From: an uncultured Ignavibacteria bacterium
GTDB lineage: Bacteria; Bacteroidota; Ignavibacteria; Tepidaquicellales; OLB5
DNA: 64,000 nucleotides
Assembly: GCA_963816535.1 (NCBI GenBank)
Contig: CAWFKW010000006.1
Span: forward strand, 580,334 to 644,333
Direction of reading: 5' to 3'
Within the stretch, counting starts at the first letter, position 1, and each line of letters starts with the position of its first letter. Below the pieces are notes generated by a model. The model saw only the letters and a list, made by a program, of their open reading frames with translations, was not told the origin of the DNA and searched no databases. This document shows, piece after piece, positions 49,324 through 59,039 of this stretch. The translations under genes were made by a program, and so were the position numbers.

Positions 49324-49397
49324 AAAGCCTCCCTATTTTAGTTTGAATATGCCTGAACATAATAATTAATTTTCGGCATTTCAAGGGAATCATTATC

Positions 49398-51209
49398 TTA
49401 CCACTTTCTGTTTAGCCAGCTTTCATAAATTGTCTTTTGAAGTTCCGTCGGGTTATCAACCTTTTCGATCCTGTAATCAATTATAGGGATATTTTTGACG
49501 CTTAAAGAAACGTTTTTCTCACTGCCATTTTTTATGAATGAAATTCTTACATTGTCTCCTTCTTTCAGATCTTTCATTCTTCCGCTGATTGTAGAAGAAT
49601 TAACTTTGACGCCATTGAGCGAATCTATTGCATCCCCCGACTCAAGCCCGGCATCTTCAGCAGGCGATCCCGGCTGAACGTAACTTATCATCATATTGCC
49701 GTTCATGTCATAGCCGGATACTCCGATCGAAATATGAGGAGTTTTGGTTATAATTAATTTCAGCCCCGCATAAGATAAATATTTGTCCCAGTCTATTGGA
49801 GCGAGGCCGTATAAATAAGAATCGAAAAATGATGTAAGGCTTTCTCCGGCGTACTCTTCGCTCACTTTTATGAAATCGGAATTCACGTAGCCGCCGTTTT
49901 TTATCGGAAATCTTTCATACATAGCCCTCATCACATCGTCAAGCGAATGTTCATTTCCGGAATGATTTCGTATCTCTAGGTCAAGAAGCACGCTTACATT
50001 AGCCCCTTTTGAATAATAATCCGATTCAGCTATCCATTTGTTCGGCGTGTTCACCCAGAATTTTACCCATGCATCAAAGCTGGATTCCGCTAAAGTCTGA
50101 ATTTTATTCCCGGGCCTGTTTTCATCGTTATCGATGTTGTTCTCAAGGTCCTTTATGAAATTTGTGTCGTATCCGTAACCGGCCTTCAAAAGCATTAATT
50201 GCTGGTAGTATGAGGTTGTTCCTTCGGCGATCCAAAGCTCTTCAGTGTAGTTTTCCTTTGTAAAATCGTAAGGGCAGATTCCGTGTGGTCGCAGCCGCTT
50301 AACGTTCCAGGTATGGAAGAACTCGTGCGAGCACGTCGAAAGAAATCCCGCGTACCTGTTTTTGCTTTCAAATACGTTTGGCGGCGCGTCGATAACAAAT
50401 GAATTCCAGTGTTCCGTTCCGCCGTAATCTCCGGCCGTCAGCTGGAAAATGAAATCAAAATGGTCGTAGGGAAGCTCGCCCCAAAATTCTATATTGACCT
50501 CAACAATTTTAGTCAGGTCTTTTATAAGCGTATCCGCGTTATAATTTCCTTCGCCCTCAATGCTCAGGGTATGCCTTTTTCCTTCAACCGTAAAATTGAA
50601 ATCTTTCTGATTCCCGATTTCAATCGGGCAATCTGCAAGGTAATCGTAGCTTGGAGCTGATAAAGTATTCTCTTTGCCGTCAGCATAATCCAGGCCGGTT
50701 GTAACGTGCCAATTTCCGTATGGGATCACTTTGAGCTCAAGCGGGTAGGTGCGAAAATGTTCAGTGTACATAAAGACCGCGCTGGCGTCAATAAATGCGT
50801 GTTCGTTATCCAGTCCTTTTGTCCGGTCCGAAAACTCATTTGCAAATACTTTATATTTTACGGTTACGCCGCCTGCGCCGGTAGTAACGACGCGCCAAGT
50901 CGATTTATCAACCTTAAACCACTTCAGCTCTGATCCGTTTGTTCCCGCCGCGGAAAATTCCTGAACCCCCGATGCAAAATTGAAGACAACATATCTGCCT
51001 GAACGCCATACCGGCAGCTTGAAATCAACATAATCGTCTTTTGAATAACCTGAGTGTGGTATCGTAATTTCAACTTCGAACAAATGATTGATTGGTTTCG
51101 GCATACTGACTGTATAGTACGTGTCGACATCGCTTGCAAACACATTTACGGTGCTAATTACGAAGAGCGCCAAAATGACATTTTTTGCCCCGAACAAAAC
51201 CTTTTGCAT
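49398..51209 (-). CDS. M61 glycyl aminopeptidase family protein with C-terminal PDZ domain
   Basis: Signal peptide present. Zinc motif HEFFHTWN. PDZ-like GSPAEDAGLESGDAIDSLNG. Confidence 0.8.
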   Translation of the reverse strand: MQKVLFGAKNVILALFVISTVNVFASDVDTYYTVSMPKPINHLFEVEITIPHSGYSKDDYVDFKLPVWRSGRYVVFNFASGVQEFSAAGTNGSELKWFKVDKSTWRVVTTGAGGVTVKYKVFANEFSDRTKGLDNEHAFIDASAVFMYTEHFRTYPLELKVIPYGNWHVTTGLDYADGKENTLSAPSYDYLADCPIEIGNQKDFNFTVEGKRHTLSIEGEGNYNADTLIKDLTKIVEVNIEFWGELPYDHFDFIFQLTAGDYGGTEHWNSFVIDAPPNVFESKNRYAGFLSTCSHEFFHTWNVKRLRPHGICPYDFTKENYTEELWIAEGTTSYYQQLMLLKAGYGYDTNFIKDLENNIDNDENRPGNKIQTLAESSFDAWVKFWVNTPNKWIAESDYYSKGANVSVLLDLEIRNHSGNEHSLDDVMRAMYERFPIKNGGYVNSDFIKVSEEYAGESLTSFFDSYLYGLAPIDWDKYLSYAGLKLIITKTPHISIGVSGYDMNGNMMISYVQPGSPAEDAGLESGDAIDSLNGVKVNSSTISGRMKDLKEGDNVRISFIKNGSEKNVSLSVKNIPIIDYRIEKVDNPTELQKTIYESWLNRKW

Positions 51210-51276
51210 GTAAACTCTGATATTTTTGATTATTAGTTTATAATTAGATTCCGACAGGCAATATAAGGTTTCATTT

Positions 51277-51311
51277 TGAAATTAGGAATTACGAATTAAA
51301 AATTAAGAATT
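51277..51311. repeat. 5-unit heptanucleotide tract
   Basis: tgaaatt aggaatt acgaatt aaaaatt aagaatt. Confidence 0.8.
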
Positions 51312-51327
51312 GTTTAGTTCTTTTACA

Positions 51328-51398
51328 CTCAGTCCCAAGCTCCTGCTTGGGACTTCAATTTCCTATATTTCGCCGTTGTTGGTGTTATCACCAACAAC
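51328..51398 (+). repeat. 71-nt two-hairpin dispersed repeat, copy 1
   Basis: CTC-AGTCCCAAGC-tcct-GCTTGGGACT-TCAATTTCCTATATTTCGCC-GTTGTTGGTG-ttat-CACCAACAAC. Confidence 0.85.
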
Positions 51399-51524
51399 CA
51401 AAATTAAGTTTGTTTGATTTTGATGCTCCCCACTTTTTTTAAGGAGAGGTACTCGCTTTAGCGGGTGGGTTGCCGGATACCCCGCATCAGGTGCGGGCCA
51501 AGCCCCGATCCGCCAATACATGTT

Positions 51525-51595
51525 CTCAGTCCCAAGCAGGAGCTTGGGACTTCAATTTCCTATATTTCGCCATTGTTGGTGTTATCGCAAACAAC
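51525..51595 (+). repeat. 71-nt two-hairpin dispersed repeat, copy 2 (first hairpin loop inverted, second hairpin decayed)
   Basis: CTC-AGTCCCAAGC-agga-GCTTGGGACT-TCAATTTCCTATATTTCGCC-ATTGTTGGTG-ttat-CGCAAACAAC. Lies 197 nt downstream of copy 1 in the same orientation. Confidence 0.85.
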
Positions 51596-51733
51596 AAAAA
51601 TAAATTCCCGCATATTGGCGTAAAATAACCGGGCGGACACATAGGTCCGCCCCTACAGGTTTTGCGCTTCGTTCCCTGCCTGTTTACCTGCTTATGGAAT
51701 TGCAGAAGGCAGGCGCTCAGCGTTACGCCAGAA

Positions 51734-51768
51734 CAAAAATGCCCGCCAACATATTTGTCAACGGGCAT
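51734..51768 (-). terminator. rho-independent terminator after the PFOR / DHOD-like operon
   Basis: ATGCCCG-N16-CGGGCAT followed by TTTTTG on the minus strand. Confidence 0.65.
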
Positions 51769-51787
51769 TATTTAATATTTATATTTC

Positions 51788-51821
51788 TAACCTGTAACTT
51801 GCTAACTTGTAACCTGTAACC
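51788..51821. repeat. 7/8-nt-periodic tract abutting the stop codon of the DHOD-like gene
   Basis: taacctg taacttgc taacttg taacctg taacc. Confidence 0.75.
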
Positions 51822-52820
51822 TTATTTAAACGTATTCAGCGCCTTCATATAATTTGCTCTTTCAAAAGCGCCCGGATTTCCAACCGATTTATAGCTCATA
51901 CTTCCGCGCATAATTTCCAAATTCGGATACTCGCGGTCGATCATCCATTGCTCCAAATGCTGAAGCACGGTCTTAATGTGTTCAATTCCATAATTGTGGA
52001 GCGCTGAGAACATCTGCGTGACTTTTGCGCCGGCCATAATCAGTTTTATCACATCTTCAGCCGAATGAACGCCGCTTGTTGCGGCAAGGTCGGCCTTAAT
52101 TCTGCCGTACATAATTGCGATCCATCTTAGCGGCAGCCTTAAAGATTGCCCTGTGCTGAGCTTTACGTTAGGAACTACATCCAGAGTTTCCAGATCTATG
52201 TCAGGTTGATAGAAACGGTTGAACATGACTATTCCGTCTGCGCCGTTATCGTCAAGTTCTTTTACAAAATGAGCCATTGAACTGATAAAAGGACTGATCT
52301 TTATGGCCACAGGTATGCTAATTGCCGCTTTAACCGAATGAAGAGTTTCTATATATAGCTTTTCAACATCTTCCGAGTGTGCGTTAATATCCGTTGCCAG
52401 AAAATAAACGTTTAATTCCAAAGCATCGGCGCCGGCGCTTTCGATAAGCCTTGAATACTCTGTCCATCCGCCGGGGGTGCAGCCATTTAAGCTTCCGATA
52501 ACCGGAATGCTCACAGCTTCCTTTGCTTTTCTTATCTGGTTAAGATATTCATCGGGACCCATCTTATACTCAACCTGTTCCGGGAAATAATTCGTGGCCT
52601 CGGCATGAGTGTTAGCGTGTTCCGTTGTGTGGTGGAACAGTTCCATTGCTTCATGCGTTATTTGTTCTTCAAAAAGCGAGTACATTACAACAGCCGCCGC
52701 TCCCGCATCTTCCATTTTCTTTATGTTCGCAATTTCTTTTGAAAACGGTGAAGCAGAAGGAACAATCGGATTTTTAAGGTTCAAACCCAGGTAAGTTGTT
52801 GATAAGTCTATTATGCTCAT
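51822..52820 (-). CDS. dihydroorotate-dehydrogenase-like flavoprotein (PFOR-associated DHOD-like family)
   Basis: TIM-barrel PyrD-like blocks (LGLNLKNPIVPSASPFS..., ELNVYF, GADGIVMFNR). Immediately downstream of PFOR. Confidence 0.7.
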   Translation of the reverse strand: MSIIDLSTTYLGLNLKNPIVPSASPFSKEIANIKKMEDAGAAAVVMYSLFEEQITHEAMELFHHTTEHANTHAEATNYFPEQVEYKMGPDEYLNQIRKAKEAVSIPVIGSLNGCTPGGWTEYSRLIESAGADALELNVYFLATDINAHSEDVEKLYIETLHSVKAAISIPVAIKISPFISSMAHFVKELDDNGADGIVMFNRFYQPDIDLETLDVVPNVKLSTGQSLRLPLRWIAIMYGRIKADLAATSGVHSAEDVIKLIMAGAKVTQMFSALHNYGIEHIKTVLQHLEQWMIDREYPNLEIMRGSMSYKSVGNPGAFERANYMKALNTFK

Positions 52821-52871
52821 TGTTGCTATTAAATTTGTTTATGAATATACCCTTCTCGGTGGTTTGTAAAT

Positions 52872-55800
52872 TTAGTTCTTTTTAAATGCGTTATCCCAGT
52901 CTGCGGCTAAATCAACATAGCTTTTCCAGCGGTGGTCAACATCGCCTTGTGCAAGTTCTATCAATAACTTAGCTTCTTCGGGGTGGCTCTTTGTAAGCAT
53001 ACTGTAGCGTGTTTCAGTGTATGCGTAATCTTTTAGTTTTATCTTAGGCGGTTTTGAATCAAGCTTGAACGGGCTTACGCCTTCAGCGGCAAGCGCAGGA
53101 TTAAACCTGAACAGCGGCCAGTACCCTGACTCAACCGCGGCTTTCTGATGCGCGTTGCCATCTTTCATGTTAATGCCGTGGGCAATACAATGGCTGTATG
53201 CGATTATGAGAGATGGACCATCATAAGCCTCGGCCTCCATGAACGCTTTCACAGTTTGGGTGTCGCTGGCGCCCATTGCAACTCTTGCAACATAAACATT
53301 TCCATAGCTTACTGCAATGAGTCCAAGATCTTTTTTGGCACGGGTTTGCCTGCCGCAGCAAATTTTGCGACAGCTGCGCGCGGTGTGGATTTTGACATTT
53401 GTCCGCCGGTGTTTGAATATACTTCGGTATCCAGAACCAGCAAGTTCACATTCTTGCCTGAGAACAAAACATGGTCCAATCCGCCATAACCAATATCATA
53501 AGCCCAGCCGTCCCCGCCCATGATCCATACTGACTTTTTCACCAGGTAGTCGGCCACCCAGCTCAAAGTTCTTGCTTCATCGGTGTTTATTTTTTCAAGC
53601 AGCTTTTTAAGCTCTTCAACTCTTTCACGCTGTTCATAAATTCCGGCTTCATCTCTTTGATCTGCATTAATTATATCGTCAACAAGCTTTTCGCCTATTT
53701 GCGAAGCCAGAGATTTCAATGAATGTATTGCATGTTCGTTGTGTTTATCAATAGCCAGGCGGAAACCGAGCCCGAATTCGGAGTTATCTTCGAATAACGA
53801 ATTTGACCAGGCGGGCCCGCGTCCCTCTTTATTCTTCGTCCATGGCGTTGTCGGCAGGTTGCCCCCGTAAATTGAAGAGCATCCTGTCGCATTTGCTATA
53901 ATTGACCTGTCGCCGAACAGCTGGCTCACCAGCTTAACGTACGGCGTTTCGCCGCACCCGCTGCATGCGCCTGAATATTCAAATAACGGTTCAAGGAACT
54001 GCGAATCCTTGACAGAGGTGAAATTGAGTTTCCTTCTGTCGGTCTCCGGTATGTTCAGGAAATAATCCAGGTTGGCGCTTTCGGTTTTTCTCAGCGGTAT
54101 CTGATCCGCCATGTTTATAGCTTTGAGGCGCGTCTCTCTCTTGTTCTTTGCGGGGCAGATCTCTACGCAGATTCCGCAGCCCGTGCAGTCTTCAACCGCT
54201 ACCTGCAGCGAATATTGAGTTCCTTCGCCGAATTCTTTCCCGCGGTATTTTGTATATTTAAACGACTCAGGCACATCTATAAGTTCTTTTTCGTTGTAAA
54301 CTTTGGCTCTTATGGCCGTATGCGGGCAAACTATTACGCATTTGTTGCATTGAATGCATACTTCAGTGTCCCAAACCGGGACCTCAAGAGCAATGTTTCT
54401 TTTTTCCCATGCGGCGGTTCCCGTAGGATATGTACCATCGGCAGGCAATAAGCTTGTTGGCAATAAATCTCCTTTACCTTCAATCATCATTGCGGTGACA
54501 TTCTTCACAAAATCAGGCGCCTTAGCCGAAACTGTTGGCTGCATTTTCAGCTTGCTTGTGACCGCGTTAGCGGTTCCATCCCCCTGCGCCTTTACTTCAA
54601 ACAGATTTTCAATTGTCTTATCCACAGATTCGAAATTCATCTGCACAATTTTCTCGCCTTTTTTCCCATAAGTTTTCTTTATCGCATTCTTTATCGATGC
54701 TATTGCCTGCTCTTTTGGTACAATATTTGAAATCGCAAAGAAACATGTCTGCATTATCGAGTTTATTCTTGCTCCCATGCCTGTTTCTTTTGCCACTTTA
54801 TAAGCGTCTATTACGTAAAACTTCATTTTCTTGTCTATAATATCGCGCTGTGCATTCTCGGGCAGCGAGTCCCATGCATTCTCTTTCGGGACCTGCGTGT
54901 TAAGAAGAAATGTAGCGCCTTCAATTGCATCTGCCAGCATGTCGGTCTTTTCCAGGAAGAACTGCTGATGGCACGCTATAAAATTCGCTTTGTTGATCAA
55001 ATATGTTGAGTGGATCGGTTTCGGGCCAAATCTCAGGTGAGACGTTGTCATAGTTCCTGATTTTTTCGAATCGTATACGAAATATCCCTGCGCAAAATTA
55101 TCCGTCTCTTCGCCGATGATCTTTATCGAGTTTTTATTGGCCCCAACTGTTCCGTCAGCGCCCAATCCATAGAACTTGCCGCGGAAAGTTTCCGGCGCCT
55201 CGACTGTATATGCCTGGTCAAATTCTAAACTGGTAAAAGTAACATCGTCTTTTATGCCTATCGTGAAATGTCTCATCGGCTTGTCTTTTTTCAGTTCATC
55301 GTAAACCGCCTTCACCATTGATGGAGCAAATTCCTTTGAAGAAAGCCCGTATCTGCCGCCGATTATTTTCGGAAATACGTTTAATGCAAGCTTCCCATCG
55401 CTGTATGTTTCTGTTATCGCGTTAACAATATCAAGATACAGAGGTTCGCCGGCCGAGCCCGGTTCTTTTGTTCTGTCTAATACTGCAATTTTGCTTACAG
55501 TCTTAGGCAGCGCGCTGATAAAATGTTCTATTGAAAACGGCCTGTATAGCCTTACTTTTATCATTCCCGTTTTTTCGCCGTGCGCGTTCATATAATCAAC
55601 GGTTTCCTGAACCGCTTCCGCTCCCGAACCCATTATGATTATCACCCTGTCTGCTTCAGGATGCCCGTAGTAATCGAACAACTTATACTGTCTTCCCGTA
55701 ATGGAAGCAAACTTGTCCATTTGTTTCTGAACGATATCCGGGCAGGCGAAGTAATATTTATTTACCGTTTCACGTCCCTGGAAATACACATCGGGATTTT

Positions 55801-56458
55801 GAGCCGTCCCCCTGATGAACGGATTATCCGATGAAAGCGCTCTTTTCCTGTGCTCAAGTATCAGCTTTTCATTCATCATTTGCTTCATATCGTCAACTGT
55901 AAGTTCTTCGATCTTCATCACTTCATGCGAAGTTCTGAAGCCGTCAAAGAAATGCAGGAATGGTATTCTCGATTCAAGCGTCGACGCGTGCGATATCAAT
56001 GCCAGGTCCATTACTTCCTGAACTGAGTTTGAAGCCATCATTGCAAATCCAGTTGAGCGGCACGCCATTACGTCGCTGTGGTCGCCGAAAATAGATAACG
56101 CCTGCGCGGCAATGGAGCGCGCTGAAACATGGAAAACAGTAGATGTTAATTCGCCGGCTATCTTAAACATGTTTGGTATCATCAGGAGCAATCCCTGCGA
56201 AGCAGTGAATGTTGTTGTTAATGCGCCTGTTTGCAGCGCTCCGTGAACCGCGCCGGATGCGCCGCCTTCGCTTTGTAATTCTGATACTGTAGGTATGATA
56301 CCCCATAGATTAGGCTTTTTCTCAGCCGCCCATGCGTCGCAGAGTTCGCCCATATTAGATGACGGGGTAATTGGATATATTGCGCAGACCTCATTTACGT
56401 GGTAAGCTACGTGCGCCGCAGCTTCATTGCCGTCTATTGTTACTTTCTTTCGTTCCAA
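52872..56458 (-). CDS. nifJ: pyruvate:ferredoxin (flavodoxin) oxidoreductase, single-polypeptide type, split by a frameshift in a homopolymer
   Basis: The 1,049-codon ORF runs from N-terminus TIDGNEAAAHVAYHVNEVCAIYPITPSS, through two 4Fe-4S motifs (CIQCNKCVIVCP, CTGCGICVEICP), to the TPP domain GGDGWAYDIG. It ends at ...AAAGKPVPKKILDSLQ*. The next frame continues DLGLIAVSYGNVYVARVAMGASDTQTVKAFMEAEAYDGPSLIIAYSHCIAHG (ORF 52872-53276). The shift maps to the run T6 at 53331-53336. Confidence 0.9.
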
Positions 56459-56567
56459 AACTAAAGCTCCTGTTAAGAAATATTGTCAAAATTCAATTGA
56501 AATTCGGGTTTTTCTCAAATTTCACTTTTTTACTATATCAAATTTAAGTCTTTGCCGACACCTAAAA

Positions 56568-56583
56568 AATGATATATATCATG
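56568..56583. promoter_or_regulatory. palindromic operator candidate AATGATATATATCATG upstream of PFOR
   Basis: Perfect 14-bp palindrome ATGATATATATCAT, 110-125 nt upstream of the PFOR start. 18 of 19 nt are identical to the site at 47.25 kb (ATGATA[T/A]ATATCATGTTTT). Confidence 0.5.
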
Positions 56584-56717
56584 TTTTGATAGGATTTTTG
56601 TCATGTTTTTCACAGGCGCTCCAAGAACTGATTTATTAATTTTCACGTATATTTTAAAAGAACACACTGACATTTTGAAACTAATATTAATTAATTTTGC
56701 ATTACATTTGTAACCAC

Positions 56718-58751
56718 ATGAAATTCAAAACAAGTTTTATCGTAGCGGCGCTTTTTATTATTTTTCTCTCGCGAAACACATATTCTCAGGAAGATAATTA
56801 TAGAAATATTGAGGATTTGGTCATGTCAAATAAGGACGACAGCGTTAAATATTTTGGAAACATCACAGCGCCCGATTTCCCGCAGGGAGCGGAGTGGCTT
56901 AATACCGACCATCCGATTTCTATTAAAGACCTTAGGGGCAAAATTGTATTGCTTGATTTCTGGACGTTCTGCTGTATTAATTGTATTCATATAATGCCGG
57001 ATCTGAAAAAGCTGGAGGAGAAATATAAAGATGAGCTGGTTGTAATTGGCGTCCACTCGGCAAAATTCCTTACCGAACGCGGAACGGATAACATCCGGCA
57101 GGCGATTTTGAGATATGAAATAAATCATCCTGTAATAAACGATAAAGATTTTTCCGTATGGAACAGCTATACCGCAAATGCCTGGCCGACGCTTGTATTG
57201 ATTGATCCCCGCGGAAAGGTCATCGGCAAAACCACCGGCGAAGGCGTCTATGACATATTTGACCCGATAATTTCCTCAGCGATACAGGAATATGACAAAG
57301 AAGGTGAGCCGTTAAACCGTACGGCTATAAAGTTCGCATTAGAAAAAGATAAAGCCCCAAAAGCGCTGCTTTCTTATCCAGGCAAAATAGCCGCTGACGC
57401 AACATCTCAGAGATTGTTTATTTCGGATTCGAATAACAACAGAATACTCGTATTGAAATTAAATGATACCGGCGATGAAGTGAAAGTTGAAGAAGTAATT
57501 GGTTCAGGTAAAGAAGGCAAACAGGACGGCTCTTACGCGGAAGCCCGGTTTTTCCGCCCGCAGGGAGTCGCATACAGCAACGATAAACTTTATGTAGCCG
57601 ATACGGAAAATCATTTGATAAGAGAAATTGACCTTACAGCTAAACAAGTCAAGACCATTGCTGGAACCGGCTCTCAATCGACAAAATATGGTTTTATAAA
57701 CGGTAAGGCGGATGAGACCGCGTTGAATTCGCCGTGGGATTTGATTGTAGTTGATAATAAGCTTTACATAGCTATGGCAGGCGCGCACCAGATATGGGTG
57801 ATGGATTTGAATAGCGGCGAAATAGGAACTTATGCAGGAAGCGGCCGCGAAAATATTGTTGATGGCGCATTCCAGACCTGTGCGCTGGCGCAAACAAGCG
57901 GCATAACAACCGACGGAATGAAATTATATTTTGCAGACAGCGAAGTAAGCGGAATCCGCTCTGCTGATCTAGTTCCAAACGGAAAAGTAAAAACCATTGT
58001 GGGAACGGGGCTGTTTGATTTTGGGGATATTGACGGAACGGGAAGCGACGCTAAATTGCAGCACCCTATCGGCATTGTTTATAACAGCATAGACCGACTT
58101 TTGTATATTGCGGATACTTATAATAATAAAATCAAAGTTATCGATCCGAAAACAAAAGAAGCAAAAACCTATTCGGGCACGGGATTTGCCGGCAACAAAG
58201 ACGGAGTTGAAGACGCCCAATTCAATGAGCCAAACGGACTTACCATTGTAAACGGTAAAATTTATGTGACCGATACGAATAATGACCTCATTAGAGTGAT
58301 TGATATGCAGACCAAAGAAGTGAAGACTGTTAAGATTACAAATCCTGATAAGCTTATGGCAAATGTAAAAGCCGATAAGAACCGCAAGATCGAGAACGCA
58401 ATTCAGCTAAACGCAGTTAATTTAAAAAGCGGCGCTGTGAATCTGAAATTTAATTTTAAGCTGCCTGAAGGATATCACATTAATCCCGATGCGCTGCCGG
58501 AAGTTAGCGTTTGGTCGGATGATAAGACTGCTGAAACTACCGACAGCGATATCAGCTCGGCTGTATCTATGTTTGATGTGCCCGTTAAGATCAATAATGC
58601 AAACGGCAAAATCAACGTGGAAGTGCTAATTTATTACTGTGACACCGAGAATGCCGGCATCTGTAAATTCCGCGATCTGTTTTTCGAGATTCCCGTTACA
58701 GTCGCATCCTCCGGAAACGATGCTGTTGATATAAGTTATACATTGAATTGA
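56718..58751 (+). CDS. exported thioredoxin-fold (redoxin) domain fused to an NHL-repeat beta-propeller (NHLRC2-like architecture)
   Basis: Start set at the ATG 56718 (signal MKFKTSFIVAALFIIFLSRNTYSQ). Thioredoxin-like block VLLDFWTFCCINCIH (CxxC). Then about 6 NHL-type repeats (F..P.G.A.....LYVADT.NH.IR.ID). Confidence 0.8.
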   Translation: MKFKTSFIVAALFIIFLSRNTYSQEDNYRNIEDLVMSNKDDSVKYFGNITAPDFPQGAEWLNTDHPISIKDLRGKIVLLDFWTFCCINCIHIMPDLKKLEEKYKDELVVIGVHSAKFLTERGTDNIRQAILRYEINHPVINDKDFSVWNSYTANAWPTLVLIDPRGKVIGKTTGEGVYDIFDPIISSAIQEYDKEGEPLNRTAIKFALEKDKAPKALLSYPGKIAADATSQRLFISDSNNNRILVLKLNDTGDEVKVEEVIGSGKEGKQDGSYAEARFFRPQGVAYSNDKLYVADTENHLIREIDLTAKQVKTIAGTGSQSTKYGFINGKADETALNSPWDLIVVDNKLYIAMAGAHQIWVMDLNSGEIGTYAGSGRENIVDGAFQTCALAQTSGITTDGMKLYFADSEVSGIRSADLVPNGKVKTIVGTGLFDFGDIDGTGSDAKLQHPIGIVYNSIDRLLYIADTYNNKIKVIDPKTKEAKTYSGTGFAGNKDGVEDAQFNEPNGLTIVNGKIYVTDTNNDLIRVIDMQTKEVKTVKITNPDKLMANVKADKNRKIENAIQLNAVNLKSGAVNLKFNFKLPEGYHINPDALPEVSVWSDDKTAETTDSDISSAVSMFDVPVKINNANGKINVEVLIYYCDTENAGICKFRDLFFEIPVTVASSGNDAVDISYTLN

Positions 58752-58754
58752 CTG

Positions 58755-58803
58755 GTAGGGGACGCCCGCCTGCGGAACGGGCAGGCATATATGCGTCCCC
58801 TAC
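58755..58803. repeat. nested GC-rich hairpin directly after the stop codon (possible terminator / REP element)
   Basis: Outer stem GTAGGGGACGC ... GCGTCCCCTAC (11 bp) encloses GCCTGC-ggaacgg-GCAGGC. A half-copy CGTCCCCTACG recurs at 59010-59020. Confidence 0.7.
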
Positions 58804-58847
58804 GATAAACCTCCGTTTCACAGGTTTTATAATATATTTTTGTTTTG

Positions 58848-58910
58848 TTATTTGTTCTTGGGAGTGCATCGACCGTGTCAATGCTGCGCTGACACAGTCA
58901 GCGCATTCCA
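58848..58910. repeat. second copy of the GGAGTGCATCGAC hairpin family, with an inserted nested hairpin
   Basis: TTCTTGGGAGTGCATCGACCGTGTCAATGC plus the inserted TGCGCTGAC-acag-TCAGCGCA. Compare with 41862-41907. Confidence 0.7.
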
Positions 58911-59039
58911 AAATAAAACTTGATTTTTTGTAGAGCTTAGACTTAAACATCTTGAAAAAAATGTACTGGATTCCCGATCAGGTCGGGAATGCCAAGCTAA
59001 AAATCAATTCGTCCCCTACGTTTAAATAAATCACCTTTA

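Noticed and set aside
51526-51768. 80-aa minus-strand ORF
   Set aside because: It is built from GC-rich hairpin repeats and the terminator. There is no SD, and the hairpin arms dictate the peptide.
58696-58950. 84-aa minus-strand ORF and the overlapping 61-aa plus-strand ORF
   Set aside because: Both are encoded by the nested hairpin repeats downstream of the Trx-NHL gene. They are mirror-image ORFs typical of palindromes.
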